A stretch of 64,000 nt of DNA, from the NCBI GenBank assembly GCA_044224925.1, contig JBGAJM010000002.1, positions 78,332 through 142,331 of the forward strand, given 5' to 3'. Shown piece by piece: positions 18,811 through 27,941 of the stretch. Positions within the stretch are counted from its first letter, which is position 1, and the number at the start of each line of letters is the position of its first letter. A program made the position numbers and the translations under genes. The notes beneath the pieces were generated by a model. That model saw nothing but the letters and a program-made list of their open reading frames with translations. It was not told the origin of the DNA and searched no databases. The stretch is from Candidatus Kapaibacterium sp. GTDB lineage: Bacteria; Bacteroidota; Ignavibacteria; Kapaibacteriales; Kapaibacteriaceae.

Positions 18811-20454
18811 ATGACTCGAATTCTTGCCTGCATCGCCGCCATTCTCGCAACGCCACTTGTGCTGTTCGCGACCACCATCACGGGTACCGTGACAAGCAGA
18901 ACCGGCGCTCCATTCGTTGTGGCCCACGTCCACCTTGCCGATGCAATGGGACGTCCTTCACAGTCCGTTGCGGCAAAGAAGGACGGATCGTATTCGCTGA
19001 AGACCTCGCTCACAGGACTGTATTACGTCACGTTCACGGCCGTTGATCATCGCATGGCGAAAGAGCGCTTGCTGCTCGCCGGACAGAAGAGCGTTGTCGT
19101 GAACGGGACGTTGGTCCCGAACGCCGCAACGAACGAGATCGACTCGGTGCTCATCACCGGTGACTTCAATCAGTTCGCGGCCACGGCTGCCATGCGACGT
19201 GGCGACAACGGAACGTTCGTGTTCGATGTAGCGTGGCCTGCAAAGACCATGCGGTATCAGGTACAGATCTTCACCAAGGGCATGTCGCCAGCGGCGCTGC
19301 GAGAGTTGCATACCGTCAACGGCACACAGTTCACTTCCGTCGAATACGATAGCGGCGGAGACTATCGCAGCGTGATCTCCGTAACAGGAGGCAAGGCCTC
19401 GATCACCTTCGATCCTCGCCGACTTGTGGTAGCCGACAAGGTCGTGCCACAGGTTTCCATTGAGACACCTGCCGATCTCGAGCGCACCACCTACATGAAT
19501 GCATCGGATGCCTTGGTGAACAAGATCGTCGGAGGGTTGCGAGTGGCCGGCCGCGATACGGCTCGTCAACGGTCCATGCAAGACACCGTGCACGCACACA
19601 TTGCCCGTGTCCTTGCTGAGCCTGCGAGCACAACGGATCCGTTGCTGCGCGCTCTGCGAACGATCCGACTCCTCTTGCTCGCAGACTATGCTGCCGACAA
19701 TCCGCCATCCGAACAAGAGCCCATCTGCAAGGCATTTAACGGCACGTCTCCTGCATCACCTGCGTGGTCGTGCGCACCCACGATCATCCGTCAGGGCATG
19801 ATGCTCTGCGGCGACACAACGAATGCCTACTACACCAAGGTGCTTGCCGCGAACACATCGAATGGTGTACGTCCGGTGGCACTGCTTGCCATGCTGGAGC
19901 GATCCTTCGATCGTGGTAACAAGGCAAAGGTCGCACAATACTATGGTCAACTCACCAAGGAGTATCCCGATCATTGGGCCACCGATCGCGCTCGCAAGGA
20001 CTATTCGCCGGATAAGAAGATCCTCGTTGGGAAGCGCGTTCCAGCCTTCTCCTACGTCAGCCTCGACGATCCGCGTGTGACGTTCACGCCGGAATCGTAT
20101 AAGGGCAAGTATGTGCTCATCGACCTTTGGGCCACGTGGTGCGGACCGTGTGTTGCAGAGATGCCAAATCTCCATAAGGCCTATGAGAAGTTCAAGGGTC
20201 CTGACTTCGAAGTTCTGAGCCTTAGCATGGACCAAGACAAAGATCGGATCACACCGTTCCGCAAGAAGTGGGCGATGCCATGGAATCATGGCTTTGCGCC
20301 CGGCGTGTGGGAGAGTCAGATCGCAGAGTTGTTCGAGGCGAGCAGCATTCCGAAGCCGATCCTCGTGGGACCCGATGGAACGATCCTTGCGATCACCACG
20401 GGCTTGCGCGGCGAAGATCTTGAGAAGACCTTGTCTACGTATCTGAAGCGTTGA
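18811..20454 (+). CDS. secreted TlpA/thioredoxin-family protein with N-terminal carboxypeptidase-regulatory-like domain
   Basis: Signal peptide, then ITGTVTSRTGAPFVVAHV...DGSYSL (CarboxypepD_reg-like). The C-terminus is a thioredoxin fold with WATWCGPCVAEMP. Confidence 0.72.
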   Translation: MTRILACIAAILATPLVLFATTITGTVTSRTGAPFVVAHVHLADAMGRPSQSVAAKKDGSYSLKTSLTGLYYVTFTAVDHRMAKERLLLAGQKSVVVNGTLVPNAATNEIDSVLITGDFNQFAATAAMRRGDNGTFVFDVAWPAKTMRYQVQIFTKGMSPAALRELHTVNGTQFTSVEYDSGGDYRSVISVTGGKASITFDPRRLVVADKVVPQVSIETPADLERTTYMNASDALVNKIVGGLRVAGRDTARQRSMQDTVHAHIARVLAEPASTTDPLLRALRTIRLLLLADYAADNPPSEQEPICKAFNGTSPASPAWSCAPTIIRQGMMLCGDTTNAYYTKVLAANTSNGVRPVALLAMLERSFDRGNKAKVAQYYGQLTKEYPDHWATDRARKDYSPDKKILVGKRVPAFSYVSLDDPRVTFTPESYKGKYVLIDLWATWCGPCVAEMPNLHKAYEKFKGPDFEVLSLSMDQDKDRITPFRKKWAMPWNHGFAPGVWESQIAELFEASSIPKPILVGPDGTILAITTGLRGEDLEKTLSTYLKR

Positions 20455-22717
20455 TCTCGGTCTGCCGAAGTAACGACGTCACTTCGTCGATCATCGGCTG
20501 TTCCTTGATGTGCTCGAAGATGGAAAGCGACTCCTGCAGATCGGCACGTGCATCTGCCGTGGCACCGCGTTCATGACGGAGAATGCCGCGCGTGTAGAGG
20601 GCGATGCCAAGACCATAGTGATCGCCGATGGCCCGTTTCGTGGTGATGCTCTGTTCGATCAACGCAAGAGCATCGTCCCATCGTTGCTCCCGATAGGCAA
20701 GCTGTGCAAGGTTCGTGCGCAGCGACGATGCTCCCACCACATCGCCGATCGTGTCGTGCAACGCAAGCGCACGTGAGAAGCGCTGCTGCGCTTCGTCCGT
20801 TCTGCCAAGATTCAAGAGTGCGATCCCCGCATTGTTCTGTCCGCGTGCAACGCTTGCCGTTGCGTGTACACGCTCAAGTGCCTCGATGGCATTGTCGAAC
20901 AGTGCCAGTGCCCGATCGTTCTCTCCCTGCACAACATAGATCCGTCCCATGTTGGAGAGGGCGATGCCAAGTCGTTCATCATCCTCTGCTTCGCGTGCCG
21001 CGTCCACCGAATGCTGGAAGAGCTCCAAGGCTTCGGTCGGCCGACCGTGCGTCTCCTCCACGATACCAAGAGCGCTGTAGGCCGTGGAGATACCTCGCAG
21101 ATACGCATGCTCGCGAGCGCGCGTCAAGGCTCGCTCTGCGAGCGAGGCCATGAGCGTGGGATCTCCGTCCATGTTGGCGCATGCGGCCAGTCGACAGTCG
21201 ACGTCGACGATGCGCTCGTTGTCGTGCAGTTGTTCGAACAACGCTCGCGCTTCGGCATAATCTTCCGTGGCCTTGTCGAGCACACGCTTGAACTGTTCCA
21301 CCGTACCACGTAGCATGAGCGCGGAAGCGCGCACATCCACGTCCACCGACGGACGTGCGAGCGCACGCTCCAGCAACATGAGCACTTCCTGCTCTGCGAA
21401 CACCGTCCACGCGATCCGCGCACATTCGAGTTCCAGTCGTGCCGCTTTGGCATGGTCGCCCATGGCACCATAGTGCGTTGCGAGTCGGTTGATGAGATGT
21501 GGGTGTTCCGAACGGACGCGACCGGCGAGCATCGATTCGAGCTGTTCGGCAATGGCCGCATGCATGAGCTCTCGCTCTTCCAAACCCAACCGTGCATACA
21601 GTGCACGATGCACGATCACATTCGTGAATTCATACGCCGGCATCTCTTCACCATACACGCGTTGCTTACCAAGTGCACGGACAAGCAGGTGATCCTGCTC
21701 TGCCTTGCGAAGAAGTTGCGCAAGCGGCAGTGCCTCGACGCCGGCGATGGAGCGGACGATCGTTGACGTGAACGTCTCACCCTCAGCAGCAGCGGCACAA
21801 AGCACGTCGCGAAGTGTTGGATCGAGTCGACGTAGTCGCTCATCCACAATGGCCTCGGCAGTTCGCGGTATGCCAATGGTATCAAGGTCCACCTTGCCGC
21901 CTTCCGGCAACAACTCCACCATGCCTTGCACCACCAGCGGATTCCCACCACTGATGCGGGCGAGCTTGTTCACGTCCACACGTTCGGTGGTCGCCCCGAT
22001 CATGGTGCGGATCTCATCGGTGGACATCGGGTCGACGCAGAACGTTTCGCACAATGCATAGCGTGTGAGCTCGCGCTCCACGTGGAGCAGTGCATGCTCT
22101 GCGCCATCGCGCGACGTGCGCACATCGTCGGGACGGTAGGCCACTACACACGTGATGTTCCCTTTGGAAGCACGTGCAAGAGCGAAAAGGAGATTGATGG
22201 ACGAGTCGTCGGCCCAATGCGCATCGTCGATCATCACGACGACGCGGTGTTGTTCGGCAAGAGCGGTGAAGAAGCCGATGCACTGATGAAAGACGTGCTC
22301 ACGCGAGGCTGCCTGCTCGGGCGTTGACCGACCGGTGCGATGATCGCGCACGATGGCCACGGTCTCGACGGTCGACTCGATCACATCACCCACAATGGGT
22401 ACGAACTTCACCCACGCAAAGGCGAGATCGGCGATGAGTCGCTTCGTGGTCGACGTCGGCGCTTCATCTGCCAACTCTCGCATGAGCGAGACCCACGGAT
22501 GCAACGCTTCCACGGCACCAACGTGCATACCGGCAATGGGGGCGGAGCAATCGACGTCGGCCACGCAGAGCTGCGGGTTGTCGTTCAGAAGCGTCGATCG
22601 CACGGAACGCAGCAACGTCGACTTCCCGATCCCGGCCTCTCCGGTCACGAACACAACAGGCCGCTCGCCGTGAAGGCAAGCGGCCATGATCGTTGCATGG
22701 AGTTCGGGTCGGGTCAT
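20435..22717 (-). CDS. AAA_16-like STAND ATPase with C-terminal TPR repeats (no recognisable output domain)
   Basis: Walker A GEAGIGKSTLL, Walker B VVVMIDDAHWADDSS, and a long C-terminal run of 34-aa TPR-like repeats (ALELFQHSV..., ALALFDNAI..., AQQRFSRAL...). Confidence 0.7.
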   Translation of the reverse strand: MTRPELHATIMAACLHGERPVVFVTGEAGIGKSTLLRSVRSTLLNDNPQLCVADVDCSAPIAGMHVGAVEALHPWVSLMRELADEAPTSTTKRLIADLAFAWVKFVPIVGDVIESTVETVAIVRDHRTGRSTPEQAASREHVFHQCIGFFTALAEQHRVVVMIDDAHWADDSSINLLFALARASKGNITCVVAYRPDDVRTSRDGAEHALLHVERELTRYALCETFCVDPMSTDEIRTMIGATTERVDVNKLARISGGNPLVVQGMVELLPEGGKVDLDTIGIPRTAEAIVDERLRRLDPTLRDVLCAAAAEGETFTSTIVRSIAGVEALPLAQLLRKAEQDHLLVRALGKQRVYGEEMPAYEFTNVIVHRALYARLGLEERELMHAAIAEQLESMLAGRVRSEHPHLINRLATHYGAMGDHAKAARLELECARIAWTVFAEQEVLMLLERALARPSVDVDVRASALMLRGTVEQFKRVLDKATEDYAEARALFEQLHDNERIVDVDCRLAACANMDGDPTLMASLAERALTRAREHAYLRGISTAYSALGIVEETHGRPTEALELFQHSVDAAREAEDDERLGIALSNMGRIYVVQGENDRALALFDNAIEALERVHATASVARGQNNAGIALLNLGRTDEAQQRFSRALALHDTIGDVVGASSLRTNLAQLAYREQRWDDALALIEQSITTKRAIGDHYGLGIALYTRGILRHERGATADARADLQESLSIFEHIKEQPMIDEVTSLLRQTEINASDT

Positions 22718-22726
22718 GCGCGCATA

Positions 22727-23209
22727 TTACCGCTCGTCGGCGCTTGGACCATACATGCCGGGTACCGGTACGTCCAAGAGCCGCAGGTAGACGCTCAACT
22801 GTCCGCGATGATGAACGGTGTGATTGAAGCAAAAGCTCCGCAGCGTGACACCCTTGGGCATGGTGAAGATCACATGGTCGCCGCTACGCAACGTCCACGG
22901 TTCTTCAAGCTGCGCCGGTGTAAGGCTTGCAATGTGCTGGCGTGCCTCGGCCGCAAGGTCATCAAAGGTGGCAAGGAGCTCTTCGCGATTGGATGGTGCG
23001 TGTTGCGCCCGTGGTGCGGCAAGGTCCAGCTCATTCTGTCCAATGGTCATCGTTGCCCACCATGGCATGGTCGCAACGTGCGTTGCGAGCTTGCGCAAGG
23101 TGTACGACTTGGCATGCGGCTGCCAATCGAAATGTTCTTCGGGAACGCGCTCAAGGATCTTACGCGTGCTTTGATTCTCGTGATCGAATTCGGCAAGAAG
23201 GTGTTGCAT
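22727..23209 (-). CDS. DinB-family protein
   Basis: 160-aa four-helix-bundle pattern with His triad candidates (LATHV..., HTVHHRGQL). It lies 9 nt upstream of the STAND ATPase on the same strand. Confidence 0.75.
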   Translation of the reverse strand: MQHLLAEFDHENQSTRKILERVPEEHFDWQPHAKSYTLRKLATHVATMPWWATMTIGQNELDLAAPRAQHAPSNREELLATFDDLAAEARQHIASLTPAQLEEPWTLRSGDHVIFTMPKGVTLRSFCFNHTVHHRGQLSVYLRLLDVPVPGMYGPSADER

Positions 23210-23320
23210 ACGTTTGATCTCACTACGTGAAGTGGTACATACAGCATCTGTTAGGAAAGGAAATTACTAGAGATCCGGCACTGTACAGCCGAAAGCTCAT
23301 TGCAGTCAGCGTCGACGTCA

Positions 23321-23740
23321 CTATTGCTCAGTGTAGTGGAAGCTGTCATACATACGTTGAGAACCTCGTCGAACGGTTATCCGCGTAGGTGTTTCAAGCA
23401 TCAGGGAGTCCACATTCCAAGCGTGCTGAGCATTGTACGGAGACTGGAAGAATATGGTGTCGAATTCAAGTACGAGTGAGCACCCACTGTCCAACGTGAT
23501 AATTGCTGTACCTAACACATCGGGGTCGCCATCTCGGTCCATGAAGTGCACATCGTGTACACTATCCGAAACAGAACCAAGAATATCTCCCACTCTCAAA
23601 CCCTTGAGCGAATCAAAATCACGCGATTCCATTTCATGAACATGTCGCTTCCCGTGTACATGCTCTTTATCCGAACACGCATTTAGAAGTCCGACAACGC
23701 AGCATACAACAAGTGTTATCCGATGCGCTTTGCGTGTCAC
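23321..23740 (-). CDS. hypothetical lipoprotein (low-GC ORF)
   Basis: 139 aa with lipobox VVGLLNACSD. The GTG start overlaps the upstream TGA as GTGA. Sampled lines give about 42-50% GC against about 57-63% in neighbouring genes. Confidence 0.5.
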   Translation of the reverse strand: MTRKAHRITLVVCCVVGLLNACSDKEHVHGKRHVHEMESRDFDSLKGLRVGDILGSVSDSVHDVHFMDRDGDPDVLGTAIITLDSGCSLVLEFDTIFFQSPYNAQHAWNVDSLMLETPTRITVRRGSQRMYDSFHYTEQ

Positions 23741-23785
23741 TTGTCACTCGTCACTTGTAACTCGTCACTCGTAACTCGTAACTGT
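23737..23785. repeat. seven tandem imperfect heptamers T(C/A)ACT(C/T)G
   Basis: Read directly: tcacttg tcactcg tcacttg taactcg tcactcg taactcg taactgt. The array spans the 3' end of the beta-lactamase-like ORF and the GTG start of the lipoprotein ORF. Confidence 0.85.
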
Positions 23786-24672
23786 CCGAACGCCATGTTC
23801 CCGATCGCCGCTATCGCTGCTTCCGTTGCATTGGGCGACATGTGCGAGTGGTTCACGAACACAGAGATCACCACTATACCAACATGCGGCACCTCGATGA
23901 TCCCCACGTCGTTCACGGCCTCGAGGTCGGAGAGGGTTGCCTCGGTGAAGTACGTGCCCGTCTTATGCGCCACCGACGTACCCGGCGGCAACTGGCCTTT
24001 CAACCGATCGGGCGACGTGCGGGTCCGGCGAAGCTGTTCGAACAACCATGCCGTGTTCTTCTTGTTCAGCAGGCGTCCTCGATAGGCGTCGAGCAGCAGA
24101 CGATTCATTTCAGAGGGAGTACTCCAGTTCATCCGCAATCGGTCGTGCGTCATGTCGCGATAGAACGTGCCCATGTCCATGGCCATGTATCCATGTTCCC
24201 GAAGCCAGGACGAAACGACCGCTGTACCACCGATGGCATCGAGGATCTCATCGGTGGCCAGATTGTCGCTTTGCGAGACCGACGCCGAGATCGTCGTTCG
24301 GAGATCCGTGGTGAATGGTCGCTGATGCGCGTCGCGAAGTGGACTGTACGTGTCGAGCGCCATCTCGGCCGAATCGTATCGCACCCGCTGTTTGAACGAG
24401 AGCGTTCCCTGCTCGACCATGTGCAATGCGAGAACGCAAAGCGGGAGCTTGATGGTGCTCATCGCAATGAACGTGTCCCGCTCATGAACGCCACAGTGGA
24501 TCGTTGGTCCGTGATCGGGAATGATATCGATCGATACGCCGATGGTCGCGTCCTGCCTCGCAACGAACGCCTCGAGTTGCTGCTGAAGGGATCCTTGGGC
24601 AAGGAGGCATGGCGGCAAGTACAGAGCAAGGCCAAGGATGCAGAGTGCGATCGAGCGAAGAGGGATCATCAT
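23737..24672 (-). CDS. class A beta-lactamase-related serine hydrolase
   Basis: Signal peptide, then SxxK (MSTIKLP), SDN (SQSDNLA) and KTG (HKTGT) motifs in canonical order. An ExxLN omega-loop motif is not evident by eye. Confidence 0.75.
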   Translation of the reverse strand: MMIPLRSIALCILGLALYLPPCLLAQGSLQQQLEAFVARQDATIGVSIDIIPDHGPTIHCGVHERDTFIAMSTIKLPLCVLALHMVEQGTLSFKQRVRYDSAEMALDTYSPLRDAHQRPFTTDLRTTISASVSQSDNLATDEILDAIGGTAVVSSWLREHGYMAMDMGTFYRDMTHDRLRMNWSTPSEMNRLLLDAYRGRLLNKKNTAWLFEQLRRTRTSPDRLKGQLPPGTSVAHKTGTYFTEATLSDLEAVNDVGIIEVPHVGIVVISVFVNHSHMSPNATEAAIAAIGNMAFGQLRVTSDELQVTSDK

Positions 24673-24916
24673 GGCAGAAGGTGTTGATTCGAAGAGATCT
24701 GAATGTCAAAGGTAGCCAATCTTCACCTCCGGCATCCCGCACGTACATGCCTTGATGACACTATCCCGTCATTATGGCAACATCCCTGCCGCCATCCTGT
24801 CCTTTTGACATGATTTTCGAGTTTGGCACGGTTCTTCAAGGCCTGTTTTCGGCGTGGGAGACGAATTCCCATGCATTGAACTCGATCATCAACGTTAACC
24901 TCAAAAGGACCCCACA

Positions 24917-26821
24917 ATGGGAAAGATCATTGGAATCGACCTTGGCACAACGAACTCCGTTGTTGCCGTCATGGAGGGCAGCTCGCCCGTCGTGATCGCG
25001 AGTAGCGAAGGGATGCGCACCATTCCGTCGATCGTCGGCTTCACGAAGAGCGGCGAGCGACTTGTAGGACAGGCCGCCAAGCGCCAGTCCGTTACCAATC
25101 CGAAGAACACCGTCTACTCGATCAAGCGCTTCATGGGTCGCACCATGAACGACGTGACCGAAGAAGCGAAGTCCGTTCCGTATGCCGTTGTGGCCGGCGA
25201 GAACAACAGTGCACGCGTCGACATCGACGGTCGCCTGTATTCGCCCCCCGAGATCTCTGCCATGATCCTTCAGAAGATGAAGCAAACGGCAGAGGACTAT
25301 CTCGGTCAAAAGGTCACCGAAGCCGTGATCACCGTACCGGCCTACTTCAACGACGCACAACGTCAGGCAACGAAGGATGCCGGCGAGATCGCAGGACTCA
25401 CCGTGCGCCGTATCATCAACGAACCAACGGCCGCTGCTCTTGCCTATGGCATGGATAAGAAAGGTCAGAACCAGACCGTCGTTGTGTACGACCTTGGTGG
25501 CGGTACGTTCGACATCTCGATCCTCGAGATCGGCGAAGGCGTCTTCGAAGTGAAGAGCACCAATGGCGATACGCACTTGGGTGGCGATAACTTCGACCAT
25601 CGCTTGATCGAATTCCTTGCCGATGAATTCCAGAAGCAAGAAGGTATCGATCTGCGCAAGGATGCCATGGCGCTGCAACGTTTGCGCGAAGCAGCAGAGA
25701 AGGCCAAGATCGAGTTGTCGCAGATGCTGCAAACCGACGTGAACCTTCCATTCGTCACGGCAACGGCCGACGGTCCGAAGCACTTGAACATTTCCATCTC
25801 GCGTGCAAAGTTCGAATCGCTCTGCGTCGATCTCTTCGATCGCTCGCTGCGCCCATGCGAACAAGCACTGAAGGATGCAAAGCTCACACCATCGCAGATC
25901 GACGAAGTGATCCTCGTGGGCGGCTCCACGCGCATTCCGAAGATCCAGGAGCTCGTGAAGAACTTCTTCGGCAAAGAGCCGAACAAGGGCGTGAACCCCG
26001 ATGAAGTGGTGGCCGTTGGCGCAGCGATCCAAGGTGGTGTGTTGGCCGGCGATGTGAAGGACGTGCTCCTTCTCGACGTCACCCCACTCACACTGGGCAT
26101 CGAAACCATGGGCGGTGTGCTCACGCCGATGATCCCCGCGAACACGACCATTCCGCATCGCAAGACAGAAACGTTCTCGACCGCATCGGACAACCAACCA
26201 TCGGTAGAGATCCACATTCTGCAAGGCGAGCGTCCGATGGCCTCCGACAACAAGTCGCTTGGCAAGTTCCACCTCGATGGCATTCCACCGGCACCGCGTG
26301 GAGTACCGCAGGTCGAGGTCACCTTCGACATCGACGCGAACGGCATTCTGAGCGTTGCTGCAAAGGACAAGGCATCGAACAAGGAACAGTCCATCCGTAT
26401 CACATCGTCGAGCGGCCTCTCCAAGGATGAGGTCGAGGCCATGAAGCGGACGGCGCAGGAACATGCCGCCGAGGACAAGAAGCGCAAGGAAGAGATCGAA
26501 CTCCGCAATCAAGCCGACAACCTTGTCTACTCCACCGAGAAGCAACTCAAGGAGTTCGACGAGAAGCTCGATGCAGCAACCAAGGAGAGCATCACGAAGG
26601 CAAAGGACCGTTTGGCCGATGCACTCAAGAACAACGCGGCCGACATCAATCCGGCCCTGGATGCCCTGAATCAACTGTGGAGCGAGGCATCGTCCAAGAT
26701 GTACGCTCAAGGCGCACCGGACGCCGGTCAGCCTGGCGCAGGTGCAGGCGCGGCCGGAGGCGAGGAGCCACAAGGCGGCAAGGTGGAAGAGGCAGACTAC
26801 ACGATCGTCGACGAGAAATAA
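24917..26821 (+). CDS. dnaK: molecular chaperone DnaK (Hsp70)
   Basis: 634 aa with [22 protein letters not shown] and the [11 protein letters not shown] tail. It is unmistakably canonical. Confidence 0.97.
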   Translation: MGKIIGIDLGTTNSVVAVMEGSSPVVIASSEGMRTIPSIVGFTKSGERLVGQAAKRQSVTNPKNTVYSIKRFMGRTMNDVTEEAKSVPYAVVAGENNSARVDIDGRLYSPPEISAMILQKMKQTAEDYLGQKVTEAVITVPAYFNDAQRQATKDAGEIAGLTVRRIINEPTAAALAYGMDKKGQNQTVVVYDLGGGTFDISILEIGEGVFEVKSTNGDTHLGGDNFDHRLIEFLADEFQKQEGIDLRKDAMALQRLREAAEKAKIELSQMLQTDVNLPFVTATADGPKHLNISISRAKFESLCVDLFDRSLRPCEQALKDAKLTPSQIDEVILVGGSTRIPKIQELVKNFFGKEPNKGVNPDEVVAVGAAIQGGVLAGDVKDVLLLDVTPLTLGIETMGGVLTPMIPANTTIPHRKTETFSTASDNQPSVEIHILQGERPMASDNKSLGKFHLDGIPPAPRGVPQVEVTFDIDANGILSVAAKDKASNKEQSIRITSSSGLSKDEVEAMKRTAQEHAAEDKKRKEEIELRNQADNLVYSTEKQLKEFDEKLDAATKESITKAKDRLADALKNNAADINPALDALNQLWSEASSKMYAQGAPDAGQPGAGAGAAGGEEPQGGKVEEADYTIVDEK

Positions 26822-26847
26822 GTCGGCCCCCACGGCAGAACTTCAAA

Positions 26848-26885
26848 GCGGGTCGGTGCAGCAATGCGCCGACCCGCTTTCTCGT
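26848..26885 (+). terminator. rho-independent terminator after dnaK
   Basis: GCGGGTCGG-tgcagcaatgcg-CCGACCCGC forms a perfect 9-bp stem followed by TTTCTCGTT, 27 nt after the dnaK stop. Confidence 0.7.
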
Positions 26886-26921
26886 TATGAGCGGCTCGTC
26901 CACGATGCGTATACTTGCCAT

Positions 26922-27941
26922 ATGAGCGCTACCACCAGATCCAAATACGTCGAGCTCACCGAGCACACAACACAGCAGGTTGCCCTGTTCGCATCGCTGG
27001 TCATCGGATGTTGTGTGGTCTTGATGCTCTTCATCGCCACTCCCGCCATGGAATCGTTCTTCCGCGCCTTTCTGCGGAGTGAAGTGCTTCACGATGGCGA
27101 GAAGGTCGTGTATCGCATTTCCGAGAACCGACCCGAAGAGATCATTGAAACACATACCATCGGAACATGGGCCTTGGTGGACGAGAAGTCGGCACAGCAG
27201 ATCGCGACACGACCGGACATTCCCGTTCCTGCCGAGTATATCTTCAAGCCTCTCATTTCTCTTACTCCGATCGTGATCGTGGCCAGTGTCCTCCTTGCCG
27301 CCGTCATCACGACCTTGCTTCCTCCGGGCATCGGCCTTGTTCGACAGAAGATCGAACGCGAGATCCTGAACGTGTTGGATCGCCTTGCGTGGTCGCTCTA
27401 TGGAGAGCACACGGCCGAGGAGATCAAGACGCTCACACGCGATATCACAATGGCCGACACGCGCCGATTGCACGATCTGGCCGAGATCTACAACGTTCAC
27501 TTCACAGATCTCGAACTCCTCCAGCGTGCACTCCGTTGGAGGGTGTCGAGTGGATTCTCCAAGCTGATCCATGTGCACGACGGCGTGAAGTTCTACATGC
27601 GCGAGTACTTCACGGATCGATACAGCAATGCCGTTCTCGGTGTGGTGTATATCGGCGCGGCGATGTTGATCATCGTGATCGGTATTCGTGGTTTGAAATT
27701 CCTTCCCGCCTCCGATCCCTCCGTGGTCCTTGGAGCCTTGAGTCTCGAGTTCATGCTGTTGATCACGTATGCGGCCGTGCTGATGTACGGACGTCAAGAA
27801 GATCAGGGTGGATTCGACCTTGCACGGAATCCTGCATCGGCCACGTCCGCCATGTCCACCGGTGATGCCGATGCCGAGCAACTCTTGCGGGCATTCCTAG
27901 GCCTCCAACGTTCTACGTCGGGAGCGAACCGCAATGACTGA
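26922..27941 (+). CDS. hypothetical 4-TM membrane protein
   Basis: 339 aa from the ATG at 26922, the first start after the dnaK terminator. TM segments lie near aa 20-43, about 110-133 and two near the C-terminus. The stop overlaps the next start by 8 nt. Confidence 0.55.
   Translation: MSATTRSKYVELTEHTTQQVALFASLVIGCCVVLMLFIATPAMESFFRAFLRSEVLHDGEKVVYRISENRPEEIIETHTIGTWALVDEKSAQQIATRPDIPVPAEYIFKPLISLTPIVIVASVLLAAVITTLLPPGIGLVRQKIEREILNVLDRLAWSLYGEHTAEEIKTLTRDITMADTRRLHDLAEIYNVHFTDLELLQRALRWRVSSGFSKLIHVHDGVKFYMREYFTDRYSNAVLGVVYIGAAMLIIVIGIRGLKFLPASDPSVVLGALSLEFMLLITYAAVLMYGRQEDQGGFDLARNPASATSAMSTGDADAEQLLRAFLGLQRSTSGANRND

Noticed and set aside
23230-23740. The low-GC patch as a mobile element or genomic islet.
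   Set aside because: No integrase, transposase, tRNA target or flanking direct or inverted repeats are visible. Only compositional deviation supports foreign origin, so it is reported as a finding and not as a mobile element.
24673-24916. A CIRCE/HrcA operator or clear sigma-32-type promoter upstream of dnaK.
   Set aside because: Reading both strands gave no TTAGCACTC-N9-GAGTGCTAA-like inverted repeat. I could not place a convincing CTTGAA...CCCCAT pair. I therefore make no regulatory call.
24836-26833. A 665-codon ORF antisense to dnaK.
   Set aside because: It is fully contained in and antisense to a canonical dnaK. Long antisense frames are an expected by-product of GC-rich codon bias. 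Its product is Arg/Leu/Val-rich and low-complexity, with no start context or family resemblance.
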